A stretch of DNA of 38,063 nt from an uncultured Akkermansia sp. GTDB lineage: Bacteria; Verrucomicrobiota; Verrucomicrobiia; Opitutales; Opitutaceae. A program made the translations under genes and the position numbers. The notes under the pieces are model-generated. The model worked only from the letters and a program-made list of their open reading frames with translations. It made no database searches and had not been told where the DNA came from. Shown one piece after another: positions 37,513 to 38,063 of the stretch. The stretch is taken from the NCBI GenBank assembly GCA_966212385.1, contig CBIHRE010000001.1:1-38063 (forward strand), read 5' to 3'. Each line of letters starts with the position of its first letter. Within the stretch, counting starts at the first letter, position 1.

Positions 37513-38063
37513 CCCTCCAGCAAACGCGCCCGCGCCGCGGCGTCCAGCTCCCGTGGCACGGGCGTCCCGCCCGTGATCGACGCAAGGGCGTCCCGCCCTT
37601 GCGCCTGACCACGCTCCGCCGCCCGTGCCGCCCGCAACACCGCCCCCAAGACCGGCTCGCCCCACGGCTCCACCGGCGCGAAGCCCACGCTCCACGCCTC
37701 GTCCCGGATAACCGCGCCCATCCCCAGCCCGCCCGTCACCCCCAGCGGAAAATTCCACGCCGCCATCAGATACGCCTCGGTCAGCCGGTCCCGCACCGCC
37801 TTCGCCAAGCGCAGCAGTTCCTCCCCGGCCGACTTGACCAACCCCGCCGCCACCACGTCGCCCGCGTCCGCCGCCGCGCGCACCTCGCGCGCGAAACCCG
37901 CCACCGCCGCGCGGTCTCGTTTCCCCGAGTGCAATTCGCGCAACACCTCGCGCATCCCATAAAGTGGCACGGGCGTCCCGCCCGTGGAAGGCGGGGCGGC
38001 CCGCCCCGGCGTCAACCGCACCCCCCTCCCCCCCCCCCCCCCCAACACCCGCCCCCAAAACCC
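37494..38063 (-). CDS. C-terminal part of a BadF/BadG/BcrA/BcrD (N-acetylglucosamine kinase-like) ATPase; 5' end outside the window, possibly degenerate
   Basis: Frame open to the window end; VAGFAREVRAAADAGDVVAAGLVKSAGEEL, GVTGGL and EPVLGAVLRA resemble the BadF-type kinase C-terminus; contains two TGGTPVP repeat-derived peptides. Confidence 0.6.
   Translation of the reverse strand, partial: GFWGRVLGGGGGRGVRLTPGRAAPPSTGGTPVPLYGMREVLRELHSGKRDRAAVAGFAREVRAAADAGDVVAAGLVKSAGEELLRLAKAVRDRLTEAYLMAAWNFPLGVTGGLGMGAVIRDEAWSVGFAPVEPWGEPVLGAVLRAARAAERGQAQGRDALASITGGTPVPRELDAAARARLLEGWKPPA
37553..37603 (+). repeat. GTGG-tagged REP followed by a variant hairpin
   Basis: GTGG-CACGGGCG-TCC-CGCCCGTG (37553-37575), then CGCAAGGGCG-TCC-CGCCCTTGCG (37581-37603). 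Confidence 0.85.
37964..38008 (+). repeat. GTGG-tagged REP followed by a degenerate hairpin
   Basis: GTGG-CACGGGCG-TCC-CGCCCGTG (37964-37986, identical to 37553-37575), then CGGGGCG-GCC-CGCCCCG (37992-38008). Confidence 0.82.

Noticed and set aside
38021..38043. Poly-C tract as a phase-variation site or G-quadruplex
   Set aside because: It lies at the extreme end of the sequence amid low-complexity bases and is more likely a sequencing or assembly artefact; it cannot be judged without reads.

Overview
High-GC bacterial chromosomal window, probably Verrucomicrobiota/Opitutales (inferred from gene content, not searched). From left to right it holds: two tandem GH28 pectinase lipoproteins with a divergent AraC regulator; a GspE/PilB ATPase preceded by a stand-alone MshEN/GspE-N-like protein; obgE, accA, radC and tRNA-Tyr(GTA); a large uncharacterised protein with an Arg/Gly/Asp-rich disordered N-terminus; an ~18.6 kb LPS/surface-glycan region (MsbA-like exporter, GT10, duplicated GT2s, GT4s, a sulfotransferase-like protein, DUF1796, a fully split ADP-heptose pathway, GT9, a nucleotide-sugar dehydrogenase, an ELM1/GtrOC1 protein and an LpxL-type acyltransferase); an orphan OppD/OppF pair; a secreted LTD/CotH-kinase protein; a MazG-like pyrophosphatase; and the 3' part of a BadF-type kinase. 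I saw no integrase, transposase or CRISPR array. The most striking unexplained signal is a set of small palindromic repeats. One family, tagged GTGG with a TCC loop and compensatory stem changes, sits in frame inside coding sequence, including a 66-bp doublet that adds 22 aa to the ELM1 protein. All family assignments come from motifs recognised by eye.
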